Origin: Balanoglossus misakiensis
Lineage: Eukaryota; Animalia; Hemichordata
NCBI GenBank assembly: GCA_040954595.2
Contig: CM082592.2
Location: 310,001-374,000, forward strand
Reading direction: 5' to 3'
Length of the DNA: 64,000 nucleotides
In this document: positions 12,539 to 26,529 of the stretch, piece by piece
How positions within the stretch are numbered: the stretch's first letter is position 1
Layout of the letters: every line of letters starts with the position of its first letter
Program-made: the position numbers and the translations under genes
Notes under the pieces: model-generated
Database searches by the model: none
The model's input: the letters and a program-made list of their open reading frames with translations, nothing else
Told to the model about the DNA's origin: nothing

Positions 12539-15500
12539 AAATATATATTTGTCCATGAATACTACATGTATATTCCATCAGCTTCTTTTCATGAATTATT
12601 ATTACAAAGCTGTATGCAAATAATTCATTGATATGTATTAAAGAAATAATAATAATATTAATAAAAAAAAAAAAAAAGACAGACACTAGCGTTCGTTAGC
12701 AACGGTGATCAGGTCGGATTTCCTTCGGCTTGGCTCTGCAAAAGACCCGACACTCTAGTACAAAGACGTTGGCTAAGTCGGGCAAACCGAAGAGGGAAAG
12801 TCACAGCGGGTCAACACTCGACATTTGTTCGGGTAGGACTGCATTATTACCTGTCAATTTATAGAGAAAGCTCGAATTTAACCAGGGCGTTTCAAACACC
12901 GACGTTAGTTGGGGGCACGGCCTGCAGTACTGCCGGGTAAGCTGACATCGGCGTACCGCATGTAATGTAGGGGGGGGGGGGAAACAGAACGGTTTAATAC
13001 TACATTTATCAGATATCAGCTAATTTTGGACAATCATCTTAAATCTAATTCATTTTTTCATATTTGGATATCTGATGATGTATGAAATTTCCATTATATG
13101 TAAAAATGGTGCTGATTATAAAAATGCACTCTGAATGAGCCTTTTTAATACAAAATTGCGTTTTATTCGTTTTTGCACCAAAAAGGTCATTTTTAGGCAA
13201 AACATTCTTTATTTTTTTAATTCGGCGACCTGATCATATATAAACAATTGCTTGTATGTTAAAAGTTTTTATGACTTTTAAAAGCAGTGACACTGGCGGC
13301 ATTCAACACGAAAATAACAATTTTAGCCACAATTTGGTCTAAATGGTAAATTTTTGAAAATTACAAAAAATACCTGTTTTCTACATTTTCAGAAATCTGA
13401 TGGAGTATTGAATGCTCTTCGTATGTATATATCGATACCAATTCCACAAAAGACCGTGTAATTTGGCTCACTGCAGACAAAATTGCGTTTTACTAAATTG
13501 TCCTTGAAAATGTCATTTTAAGAAAAAAAATAAAAAAACCTTTGTTCTTCGAATTTGGTGCCCTGATCATATATGACATGTTGATTGAATGTTAAAACTT
13601 TCGACCACTCCAAAAATGCAGAGATATTGACGGAATTCAAGAAAAAATAGCCATTTTGGCCATATTTTGACAAAAATGGTAAATTTTAGAAATATCTTAA
13701 ACAATTAACTCTTTTCTTCATTTTCGGAAATATTATGGAGCATGAATTGTCGTTCTCTTGTAAAAAGTGCTGCAAATTCGAGAAAAGGCGGTATAATTTG
13801 TATCACCAAAGACAAAATTACCATTTTCGACTTTTTTCGAAAAATTGTCTTTTTTACAAAACAAATAAGAATAAATTCTTTTCTTAGTTTCAAACGGGTA
13901 GAGATACTTTCCACACGGGTTTTCTAACATTGAATTCCCGTTCATCAACTCAGATTTCCTACAGCATAAGTCGGCTAAAACCCTGACACTCTAGAGCAGA
14001 AACAGTTGCACACTGGTAACGTTGAACAAGTCGATTTTTCTACGGCCTGGCTCGGCTAAATCTCCGTCACAATATGACAGACACTAGCGTACGTTAGCAA
14101 CGGTGATCAAGTCAGATTTTCTACGGCATGGCTTGGATAAAGCCCCGGCACTCTAGAGCAGAAACACGCGTACAGAGACCACGTTGATCAAGTCTGATCT
14201 CCTACGGCTTGGCTCGACTGAAACCCCGGCACACTATGACAGACACTAGCGTTCGTTAGCAACGTTGATCAAGTCAGATTTCCTACGGCATGGCTTGGCT
14301 AAAGCCCTGGCACTCTAGAGCAGAAACACGCATACAGAGACCACGTTGATCTACTCACATTTCCTTCGGCCTGGCACGGCTGATGCCCCGGCACTATATA
14401 TAGGACACAGACTGGCGTAAGTTAACAACGGTAATCACGTCGGGTTTCCTACGGCCTGGCTCAGCTGAAGCCCCGGCACTCTAGAGCAGAAACAGGCGTA
14501 CATTGACCACGTTGATCAAGTCAGATTTCCTACGGCGTGACTCGGCTGGTGCACCGGCTCTATATGACACAGACTGGCGTAAGTTATCAACGGTGATTAC
14601 GTCGGATTTCCTACGGCCTGGTTTAGCTGAAGCCCCGGCACTTTAGAGCGGAAACACGCGTACATTGACCACGATGATCAAGTCAGATCTCCTACGGCCT
14701 TGCTCGACTAAAACCCCGGCACACCATGACAGACACTAGCGTTCGTTAGCAACGGTGATCAAGTTGGATTTCCTTCGGCCTGGCTCTGCAAAAGACCCGA
14801 CACATTAGTACAAAGACGTTGGCTAAGTCGGGCAAACCGAAGAGGGAAAGTCACAGCGGGTCAACACTCGACATTTGTTCGGGTAGGACTGCATTATTGC
14901 CTGTCAATTTATAGAGAAAGCTCGAATTTAACTAGGGCGTTTCAAACACCGACGTTAGTTGGGAGCACGGCCTGCAGTACTGCCGGGTAAGCTGACATCG
15001 GCGTACCGCATGTAATGTAGGGGGGGGGGGAACAGAACGTTTCAATACTACATTTATCAGATATCAGCTAATTTTGGACAATCATCTTAAATATATCTAA
15101 TTCATTTTTTCATATTTGGATATCTGATGATGTATGAAATTTCCATTATACGTAAAAATGGTGCTGATTATAAAAATGCACTCTGAATGAGCTGATTTAA
15201 TACAAAATTGCGTTTTATTCGTTTTTGCACCAAAAAGGTCATTTTTAGGCAAAACATTCGTTATTTTTTTAATTCGGTGACCTGATCATATATAAACAAT
15301 TGCTTGTATGTTAAAAGTTTTTATGACTTTTAAAAGCAGTGACACTGGCGGCATTCAACACGAAAATAACAATTTTAGCAACAATTTGGTCAAAATGGTA
15401 AATTTTTGAAAATTACAAAAAATACCTGTTTTCTACATTTTCGGAAATCTGATGGAGTATAGAATGCTCTTCGTATGTATATATCGATACAAATTCCACA

Positions 15501-18500
15501 AAAGACCGTCTAATTTGGCTCACTGCAGACAAAATTGCTATTTACCAAATTTTCCTTGAAAATGTCATTTTAGAAAAAAAAATAAAAAACCTTTGTTCTT
15601 TGAATTTGGTGCCTGATCATATATGACATGTTGATTGTATGTTAAAACTTTCGACCACTCCAAAAATGCTGAGATATTGACGGAATTCAAGAAAAAATAG
15701 CCATTTTGGCCATATTTTGACAAAAATGGAAAATTTTAAAAAAATCTTTAAAAATTAACTCTTTTCTTCATTTTCGGAAATATTATGGAGCATGAAGTGT
15801 CGTTCTCTTGTAAAAAGTGCTGCAAATTCTAGAAAAGGCGGTATAATTTGAATCACCCAAGACAAAATTACCATTTTCGACTTTTTTTCGAAAAATTGTC
15901 TTTTTTACAAAATAAATAAGAATAAATTCTTTTCTTAGTTTCAAACGGGTAGAGATACTTTCCACACGGGTTTTCTAACATTGAATTCCCGTTCATCAAC
16001 TCAGATTTCCTACAGCATAAGTCGGCTAAAACCCTGACACTCTAGAGCAGAAACAGTTGCACACTGGTAACGTTGAACAAGTCGATTTTTCTACGGCCTG
16101 GCTCGGCTAAATCTCCGTCACAACATGACAGACACTAGCGTACGTTAGCAATGGTTATCAAGTCAGATTGTCTACGGCATGGCTTGGATAAAGCCCAGGC
16201 ACTCTAGAGCAGAAACATGCGTACAGAGACCACGTTGATCAAGTCTGATCTCCTACGGCTTGGCTCGACTAAAACCCCAGCACACTATGACAGACACTAG
16301 CGTTCGTTAGCAACGTTGATCAAGTCAGATTTCCTACGGCATGGCTTGGCTAAAGCCCTGGCACTCTAGAGCAGAAACACGCGTACAGAGACCACGTTGA
16401 TCAAGTTAGATTTCCTACGGCGTGACTCGGCTGGTGCACCCGCTCTATATGACACAGACTGGCTTAAGTTATCAACGGTGATTACGTCGGATTTCCTACG
16501 GCCTGGTTTAGCTGAAGCCCCGGCACTTTAGAGCGGAAACACGCGTACATTGACCACGATGATCAAGTCAGATCTCCTACGGCCTGGCTCGACTAAAACC
16601 CCGGCACACAATGACAGACACTAGCGTTTGTTAGCAACGGTGATCAAGTCGGATGTCCTTCGGCCTGGCTCTGCAAAAGACGCGACACTCTAGTACAAAG
16701 ACGTTGGCTAAGTCGGGCAAACCGAAGAGGGAAAGTCACAGAGGGTCATCACTCGACATTTGTTCGGGTATTACTGCATTATTGCCTGTCAATTAATAGA
16801 AAAAGCCCGAATTTAACCAGGGCGTTTCAAACACCGACGTTAGTTGGGGGCACGGGCTGCAGTACTGCCGGGTAAGCTGACATCGGCATACCGCATATAA
16901 TGTAGGGGGGGGGGACAGAACGGTTCAATACTACATTTATTAGATATCAGCTAATTTTGGACAATCATCTAAAATCTAAATCATTTTTTAATATTTGGAT
17001 ATCTGATGATGTATGAAATTTCCATTATATGTAAAAATGGTGCTGATTATAAAAAATGCACTCTGAATGAGCTGATTTAATACAAAATTGCGTTTTATTC
17101 GTTTTTGCACCAAAAAGGTCATTTTTAGTCAAAACATTCTTTATTTTTTTAATTCGGTGACCTGATCATATATAAACAATTGCTTGTATGTTAAAAGTTT
17201 TTATGAATTTTAAAAGCAGTGACACTGGTGGCATTCAACACGAAAATAACAATTTTAGCCACAATTTGGTCAAAATGGTAAATTTTTGAAATTACAAAAA
17301 ATACCTGTTTTCTACATTTTCGGAAATCTGATGGAGTATAGAATGCTCTTCGTATGTATATATCGATACAAATTCCACAAAAGACCGTCTAATTTGGCTC
17401 ACTGCAGACAAAATTGCTATTTACCAAATTTTCCTTGAAAATGTCATTTTAGAAAAAAAAATAAAAAACCTTTGTTCTTTGAATTTGGTGCCTGATCATA
17501 TATGACATGTTGATTGTATGTTAAAACTTTCGACCACTCCAAAAATGCTGAGATATTGACGGAATTCAAGAAAAAATAGCCATTTTGGCCATATTTTGAC
17601 AAAAATGGAAAATTTTAAAAAAATCTTAAAAAATTAACTCTTTTCTTCATTTTCGGAAATATTATGGAGCATGAAGTGTCGTTCTCTTGTAAAAAGTGCT
17701 GCAAATTCTAGAAAAGGCGGTATAATTTGAATCACCCAAGACAAAATTACCATTTTCGACTTTTTTTCGAAAAATTGTCTTTTTTACAAAATAAATAAGA
17801 ATAAATTCTTTTCTTAGTTTCAAACGGGTAGAGATACTTTCCACACGGGTTTTCTAACATTGAATTCCCGTTCATCAACTCAGATTTCCTACAGCATAAG
17901 TCGGCTAAAACCCTGACACTCTAGAGCAGAAACAGTTGCACACTGGTAACGTTGAACAAGTCGATTTTTCTACGGCCTGGCTCGGCTAAATCTCCGTCAC
18001 AACATGACAGACACTAGCGTACGTTAGCAATGGTTATCAAGTCAGATTTTCTACGGCATGGCTTGGATAAAGCCCCGGCACTCTAGAGCAGAAACACGCG
18101 TACAGAGACCACGTTGATCAAGTCTGATCTCCTACGGCTTGGCTCGACTAAAACCCCAGCACACTATGACAGACACTAGCGTTCGTTAGCAACGTTGATC
18201 AAGTCAGATTTCCTACGGCATGGCTTGGCTAAAGCCCTGGCACTCTAGAGCAGAAACACGCGTACAGAGACCACGTTGATCAAGTTAGATTTCCTACGGC
18301 GTGACTCGGCTGGTGCACCGGCTCTATATGACACAGACTGGCGTAAGTTATCAACGGTGATTACGTCGGATTTCCTACGGCCTGGTTTAGCTGAAGCCCC
18401 GGCACTTTAGAGCGGAAACACGCGTACATTGACCACGATGATCAAGTCAGATCTCCTACGGCCTGGCTCGACTAAAACCCCGGCACACAATGACAGACAC

Positions 18501-21500
18501 TAGCGTTCGTTAGCAACGGTGATCAAGTCGGATGTCCTTCGGCCTGGCTCTGCAAAAGACGCGACACTCTAGTACAAAGACGTTGGCTAAGTCGGGCAAA
18601 CCGAAGAGGGAAAGTCACAGAGGGTCATCACTCGACATTTGTTCGGGTATTACTGCATTATTGCCTGTCAATTAATAGAAAAAGCCCGAATTTAACCAGG
18701 GCGTTTCAAACACCGACGTTAGTTGGGGGCACGGGCTGCAGTACTGCCGGGTAAGCTGACATCGGCATACCGCATATAATGTAGGGGGGGGGGGACAGAA
18801 CGGTTCAATACTACATTTATTAGATATCAGCTAATTTTGGACAATCATCTAAAATCTAAATCATTTTTTAATATTTGGATATCTGATGATGTATGAAATT
18901 TCCATTATATGTAAAAATGGTGCTGATTATAAAAAATGCACTCTGAATGAGCTGATTTAATACAAAATTGCGTTTTATTCGTTTTTGCACCAAAAAGGTC
19001 ATTTTTAGTCAAAACATTCTTTATTTTTTTAATTCGGTGACCTGATCATATATAAACAATTGCTTGTATGTTAAAAGTTTTTATGAATTTTAAAAGCAGT
19101 GACACTGGCGGCATTCAACACGAAAATAACAATTTTAGCCACAATTTGGTCAAAATGGTAAATTTTTGAAATTACAAAAAATACCTGTTTTCTACATTTT
19201 CGGAAATCTGATGGAGTATAGAATGCTCTTCGTATGTATATATCGATACAAATTCCACAAAAGACCGTCTAATTTGGCTCACTGCAGACAAAATTGCTAT
19301 TTACCAAATTTTCCTTGAAAATGTCATCTTAGAAAAAAAAATAAAAAACCTTTGTTCTTTGAATTTGGTGCCTGATCATATATAACATATTGATTGTATG
19401 TTAAAACTTTCGACCACTCTAAAAATGCTGAGATATTGACGGAATTCAAGAAAAAATAGCCATTTTGGCCTTATTTTGACAAAAATGGAAATTTTTTAAA
19501 AAAATCTTAAAAAATTAACTCTTTTCTTCATTTTCGGAAATATTATGGAGCATGAAGTGTCGTTCTCTTGTAAAAAGTGCTGCAAATTCTAGAAAAGGCG
19601 GTATAATTTGAATCACCCAAGACAAAATTACCATTTTCGACTTTTTTTCGAAAAATTGTCTTTTTTACAAAATAAATAAGAATAAATTCTTTTCTTAGTT
19701 TCAAACGGGTAGAGATACTTTCCACACGGGTTTTCTAACATTGAATTCCCGTTCATCAACTCAGATTTCCTACAGCATAAGTCGGCTAAAACCCTGACAC
19801 TCTAGAGCAGAAACAGTTGCACACTGGTAACGTTGAACAAGTCGATTTTTCTACGGCCTGGCTCGGCTAAATCTCCGTCACAATATGACAGACACTAGCG
19901 TACGTTAGCAACGGTGATCAAGTCAGATTTTCTACGGCATGGCTTGGATAAAGCCCCGGCACTCTACAGCAGAAACACGCGTACAGAGACCACGTTGATC
20001 AAGTCTGATCTCCTACGGCTTGGCTCGACTAAAACCCCGGCACACTATGACAGACACTAGCGTTCGTTAGCAACGTTGATCAAGTCAGATTTCCTACGGC
20101 ATGGCTTGGCTAAAGCCCTGGCACTCTAGAGCAGAAACACGCGTACAGAGACCACGTTGATCGAGTTAGATTTCCTACGGCGTGACTCGGCTGGTGCACC
20201 GGCTCTATATGACACAGACTGGCGTAAGTTATCAACGGTGATTACGTCGGATTTCCTACGGCCTGGTTTAGCTGAAGCCCCGGCACTTTAGAGCGGAAAC
20301 ACGCGTACATTGACCACGATGTTCAAGTCAGATCTCCTACGGCCTGGCTCGACTAAAACCCCGGCACACAATGACAGACACTAGCGTTCGTTAGCAACGG
20401 TGATCAAGTCGGATGTCCTTCGGCCTGGCTCTGCAAAAGACGCGACACTCTAGTACAAAGACGTTGGCTAAGTCGGGCAAACCGAAGAGGGAAAGTCACA
20501 GAGGGTCATCACTCGACATTTGTTCGGGTATTACTGCATTATTGCCTGTCAATTAATAGAAAAAGCCCGAATTTAACCAGGGCGTTTCAAACACCGACGT
20601 TAGATGGGGGCACGGCCTGCAGTACTGCCGGGTAAGCTGACATCAGCGTACCGCATATAATGTAGGGGGGGGGGGGGATATAACGGTTCAATACTACATT
20701 TATTAGATATCAGCTAATTTTGGACATTCATCTAAAATCTAAATCATTTTTTCATATTTGGATATCTGATGATGTATGAAATTTCCATTATATGTAAAAA
20801 TGGTGCTGATTATAAAAAATGCACTCTGAATGACCAGATTTAATACAAAATTGCGTTTTATTCGTTTTTGCACCAAAAAGGTAATTTTTAGGCAAACATT
20901 CTTTATTTTTTTAATTCGGTGACCTGATCATATATAAACAATTGCTTGTATGTTAAAAGTTTTTATGACTTTTAAAAGCAGTGACACTGGCGGCATTCAA
21001 CACGAAAATGACAATTTTAGCCACAATTTGGTCAAAATGGTAAATTTTTGAAAATTACAAAAAATACCTGTTTTCTACATTTTCAGAAATCTGATGGAGT
21101 ATAGAATGCTCTTCGTATGTATATATCGATACAAATTCAACAAAAGACCGTCTAATTTGGCTCACTGCAGACAAAATTCCGTTTTACCAAATTTTCCTTG
21201 AAAATGTCATTTTTTGAAAAAAAAATAAAAAAAACCTTTGTTTTTCGAATTTGGTGCCCTGATCATATATGACATGTTGATTGTATGTTAAGACTTTCGA
21301 CCACTCCAAAAATGCAGAGATATTGACGGAATTCAAGAAAAAAAATAGCCATTTTGGCCATATTTTGACAAAAATGGTAAATTTTTAAAAAAATCATAAA
21401 AAATTAACTCTTTTCTTATTTTTTCGGGAATATTATGGAGCATGAAGTGTCGTTCTCTTTAAATGTGCTGCAAATTCCAGAAAAGGCGGTATAATTTAAA

Positions 21501-23832
21501 TCACCCAAGACAAAATTACCATTTTCGACTTTTTTTCGAAAAATTGTCTTTTTTACAAAATAAATAAGAATTAAAGCTGCAAGCAGCATTGTCGGGCCCA
21601 AGCGCTGATCCGGTATTATATATGCACAGTATGAATGAGAAGAAACAGAATGCTCTATCAGGTGTTTTATATCATGACATAACAAGGACGTATGTATTTT
21701 TCCTGCTGAAATAGTGTAAAGTAGGTCAAAGGTCACCTGAGGTTACCCAACATTTGGGCAAAATTTATTGACCCATACTGTTCCATGTCCGACAAGAACT
21801 AAAACTCTAGTTCTATTGGTTCGTCTGTAATTAGGTATGTGCATATTTAATGAGGTCAGCAGGTGTCACAGGTGACCCAAAAATGTGGCTTTACATTTTG
21901 GTCCCATCCTGCCAAATGCCATGGCAGTATCTGCTCTGGATGCTGAGATATGCGAAAGTAGGTCAAAGGTCAACAAAGGTCACCCAACATTTGGGCAAAA
22001 AATTTTGATCCCATACAGGTCCATGTCCAACAAAAACCAAACCTCTAGCTCTATTGGTTCGCCTGTAATTAGCTATGCACATAATTAATGAGGTCAGCAG
22101 AGGTCAAAGGGGTCATGAAAAGTAGCAAAATATTTTGATCACACACTAATCCACATTCATCAAAAACCAAACGTCTAGCCTTATAGATTAGCCTGGAATT
22201 AGATATGCAGAAATAATAACGCGTGATAAGTAGGTCAAAGGTCATGTGAAAAATCGCCAAAAAATTGTAACATATTTTAGTCACATGACGATTGATATCC
22301 ATAAAAAGAATTTGTATGCTATGAATTTTTAGACTAGAAAAAGGAATTTCAATTTGTCACTGCTTTTTACAAAATCCAATATGGCCGCCATAATCTTCGA
22401 CCAATCACAATGCTCTTTGCAAACTTGATAGACATCAGTGTAGTGACCATACTCCCCAAATCTTGCAACTCAGTCATCGCCCGTTCTGGAGAAGAAGATT
22501 TTTGGAGCTTAACTATGGTTTTTCAAAAATCCAATATGGCCGCCATAATCTCCGACCAATCACAATGATCTTCGCAAACTTGATAGACATCAGTTAGGTG
22601 ACCACATACCCCAAACCCCGTGTCTCGGTTATCGCCGGTTCTGGAGAAGAAGATTTTTGAAATTTAAGCCAGATTTCAGAAAAAAAATTATAGCAAAAAA
22701 ACTGCAACATTGACAGCAAAATTTCCAATTACAAAAATGATGGGTAGAAGGTAGTCTACCTGCATGCCAAATTTGAAGTCGATCTGACTTGTAGTTTCTG
22801 AGATCTGAGATTTGCATTTTTTCAGAAAATCCAATATGGCCGCCAGGTCACGTGACTAATTAAGTATTCACAAGTCACTGCACATCTACTCATTGACCTT
22901 GACCACTGTAGCAAGTTTTAGAAGTGTACCTGCAGCGGTGTCTGAGATCTCGTTGCCCAAAGAATTGACACAAGAATAAATTAAAGCTGCAAGCAGCATT
23001 GTCCGGGCCCAAGCTCTATTATCTGATCTGATTATTAGATATGCACATAATTAATGAGTAGAAACATAATGCTGTGTTTTATCCCATGAAATATCAAGGT
23101 TATATGTATTTTTGGTGCTGATATAGTGTTAAGTAGGTCAAAGGTCTCCCAGAGGTCACCCACAATTTGGGCAGAAAATTTTACCCATAGTGGTCCATGT
23201 CCAACAAAAACCAGACCTCTAGCCCTTTTGGTTAGCCCGGAATTAGGTATGCACATAAATAATGAGTTAAGCAGGTGTCACTGGTGACCCAAAACTTTGG
23301 CATTTCATTATGTCCCCATATCTCCAAATGCCAAGGCTGTACCTGCTTTGGATGCCGAGATATGCAAAAGTAGGTCAAAGGTCATCTGAGGTCACTCAAA
23401 ATTTGGGCAGAAAATTTTGACCAATAGTGGTCCATGTCCAACAAAAAACAGACCTCTAGCCCTTTTGGTTAGCCCGGAATTAGGTATGCACATAAATAAT
23501 GAGTTAAGCAGGTGTCACAGGTGACCCAAAACTTTGGCTTTTCATTATGGCCCCATACCTCCAAACGCCAAGGCTGTATCTGCTGTGGATGTCGAGATAT
23601 GCAAAAGTAGGTCAAAGGTCACCCGAGGTCACCCAACATTTGGGCAAAATATTTTGACCCCATACTGGTCCATGTATAACAAAAACAAAACCTCTAGGTC
23701 TATTGGTTCATCTGTAATTAGGTATATGCATATTTAATGAGGTCACCAGAGGTCAAAGGGGTCATGAAAAGTAGCAAAATTTTTTGATCACATACAAATC
23801 CACATACATCAAAAACCAAACTTATAGCCCTA

Positions 23833-24249
23833 CAGTGCAGCTTAGGAATAGCTTTCCAACTGCACCAACACTGGGTCAGCTCTGTTTAAACACTGGGTCA
23901 ACTCTGGGTTGGTACCCTATTGGCGCTCTAATTAGCACCTATTGGGCTTGTGTTTAACTGGGGTGTGCCAAAACAATAGGGTGCGCCAAGGTGCTAACAC
24001 TGAACAATGCCAAGTGCCAGGGCCAACAGATTCACACCTTTGTAACACTTGGAACACACAGGCTAACACTGTGTGCCAAAACAATAGGGTGCGCCAAGGT
24101 GCTAACACTGAACAATGCCAAGTGCCAGGGCCAGCAGATTCACACCTTTGTAACACTTGGAACACACAGGCTAACACTGAGCTGGCCCATTATAAACACC
24201 GTGTCAGCAAGTTGTTAGCAAATTGGAAAGCTATTCCTAAGCTGCACTG
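23833..24249. mobile_element. Tc1/mariner-type MITE (417 bp) with an internal 108-bp tandem duplication
   Basis: Perfect 27-bp TIR CAGTGCAGCTTAGGAATAGCTTTCCAA and TA TSD (23831-23832, 24250-24251). The empty site TAGCCCTATAGGTTAGCC is visible in element C (~25661). The 108-bp repeat lies at 23963 and 24071. Confidence 0.92.
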
Positions 24250-25056
24250 TATTGGTTAGCCTGGAATTAGATATGCAGAAAAATGATGCGTCAAAAGTAG
24301 GTCAAAGGTCATTGCCAAAATAACCAAAATATTTATAGGTTATTCTTGTCATATGATGATTCATATCCATAAAAAGAATTTCTGTGCTATCAATTTTTAG
24401 GCTAGAAAAGGAATTTTTACTTTTTAATCGTTTTTCACAAAATCCAATATGGCCGCCATAATCTTCGACCAATCACATTCCCCTTCGCAAACTTGATAGA
24501 CATCTGTTTAATGACCACACACACCAAATCTTGTGACTCGGTTATCGCCCGTTCTGGAGAAGAAGATTTTTGAAGTTTTACTATGGTTTTTCGAAAATCC
24601 AATATGGCCGCCATAATCTTCGACCAATCACAATGATCTTCGCAAACTTGATAGACATCAGTTAGGTGACCACATACCCCAAACGGCGTGACTCGGTTAT
24701 CGCCGGTTCTGGAGGAGAAGATTTTTGAAATTTTGACCAGATTTCAGAAAAACAACTGTAGCAAAAAAACTGCAACATTGACAGCAAAATATCCAATTAC
24801 AAAAATGATGGGCAGAGGGTATTCTACCAGCACGCCAAATCTGAACTCGATCTGACTTGTAGTTTCTGAGATCTGAGATTTGCATTTTTTCAGAAAATCC
24901 AATATGGCCGCCATGTCACGTGACTAATTAAGTATTCACAAGTCACTGCACATCAACTCATTGACCTTGACCACTGTAGCAAGTTTGAGAACTGTACCTG
25001 CAGCGGTGTCTGAGATCTAGAGCGCGAAAGAAGTGAACCAAGAATAAAGAAAGAAT

Positions 25057-26529
25057 TAAAGCTGCAAGCAGCATTGTCGGGCCCAAGCGCTGATCTTGAA
25101 TTATATATGCACAGTATGAATGAGAAGAAACAGAATTTTCTATCGGATGTATTATCTCATGACATAACAAGGACGTGTGTATTTTTGCTGCTTAAATAGG
25201 GTGAAGTAGGTCAAAGGTCACCTGAGGTCACCCAACATTTGGGCAATTTTTTTTTACCCATACTGGTCCATGTCCAACAAAAACCAAAAGTCTAGCTCTA
25301 TTGGTTCGCCTGTAATTAGGTATGTGCATATTTAATGAGGTCAGCAGGTGTCACAGGTGACCCAAAAATGTGGCTTTACATTTTGGTCCCATCCTACCAA
25401 ATGCCATGGCTGTATCTGCTCTGGATGCTGAGATATGCGAAAGTAGGTCAAAGGTCACCAGAGGTCACGCAACATTTGGGCAAAAAATTTTGATCCCATA
25501 CTGGTCTGTGTCCAACAAAAACCAAACCTCTAGCTCTATTGGTTCGCCTGTAATTAGCTATGCACATAATTAATGAGGTCAGCAGAGGTCAAAGGGGTCA
25601 TGAAAAGTAGCAAAATATTTTGATCACACACTAATCCACATTCATCAAAAACCAAACGTCTAGCCCTATAGGTTAGCCTGGAATTAGATATGCAGAAATA
25701 ATAACGCGTGATAAGTAGGTCAAAGGTCATGTGAAAAATCGCCAAAAAATTGTAACATATTTTAGTCACATGACGATTGATATCCATAAAAAGAATTTGT
25801 ATGCTATCAATTTTTAGACTAGAAAAAGGAATTTCAATTTTTCACTGCTTTTTACAAAATCCAATATGGCCGCCATAATCTTCGACCAATCACAATGCTC
25901 TTTGCAAACTTGATAGACATCAGTGTAGTGACCATACTCCCCGAATCTTGCGACTCAGTCATCGCCCGTTCTGGAGAGGAAGATTTTTGGAGTTTAACAA
26001 TGGTTTTTCTAAAATCCAATATGGCCGCCATAATCTTCGACCAATCACAATGATCTTCGCAAACTTGATAGACATCAGTTAGGTGACCACATACCCCAAA
26101 CCCCGTGTCTTGGTTATCACTGGTTCTGGAGAAGAAGATTTTTGAAATTTAAGCCAGATTTCAGAAAAAAAATTGTAGCAAAAAAACTGCAACATTGACA
26201 GCAAAATTTCCAATTACAAAAATGATGGGTAGAAGGTAGTCTACCTGCATGCCAAATTTGAAGTCGATCTGACTTGTAGTTTCTGAGATCTGAGATTTGA
26301 ATTTTTTCAGAAAATCCAATATGGCCGCCAGGTCACGTGACTAATTAATTATTCACAAGTCACTGCACATCTACTCATTGACCTTGACCACTGTATCAAG
26401 TTTGAGAAGTGTACCTGCAGTAGTTTCAGAGATCTCGTTGGCCGAAGAAATTGACACAAGAAAAAAGAAAGAAAGAAAAACCCCAACGAAACCAATAGGG
26501 CCCAAGCGCTTGCGTGCGCTTGGGCCCTA
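25057..26529. mobile_element. HINE-like element C (innermost, uninterrupted, ~1.47 kb, same subfamily as A)
   Basis: Third head at 25057, body colinear with A, (GAAA)n tract and 14-bp-stem hairpin ending at 26529. Confidence 0.75.

Larger units (their letters stand above)
9901..12677 (+). mobile_element. Tx1-clade element, internally deleted, copy 2 (duplicate of copy 1)
   Basis: Same 5' junction (..GACACTAG|AGGGCGCTG), same deletion and same ORF1 stop. Poly(A) is followed by GACAGACACTAG at 12678. Offset from copy 1 is 8457 bp. Confidence 0.92.

Noticed and set aside
9901-12677. Second independent site-specific Tx1 insertion
   Set aside because: Flanking private satellite variants and all lesions are shared with copy 1, which indicates segmental duplication.
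23932-24259. Repetitive Cys-containing ORFs
   Set aside because: They arise from the 108-bp duplication inside a non-coding MITE.
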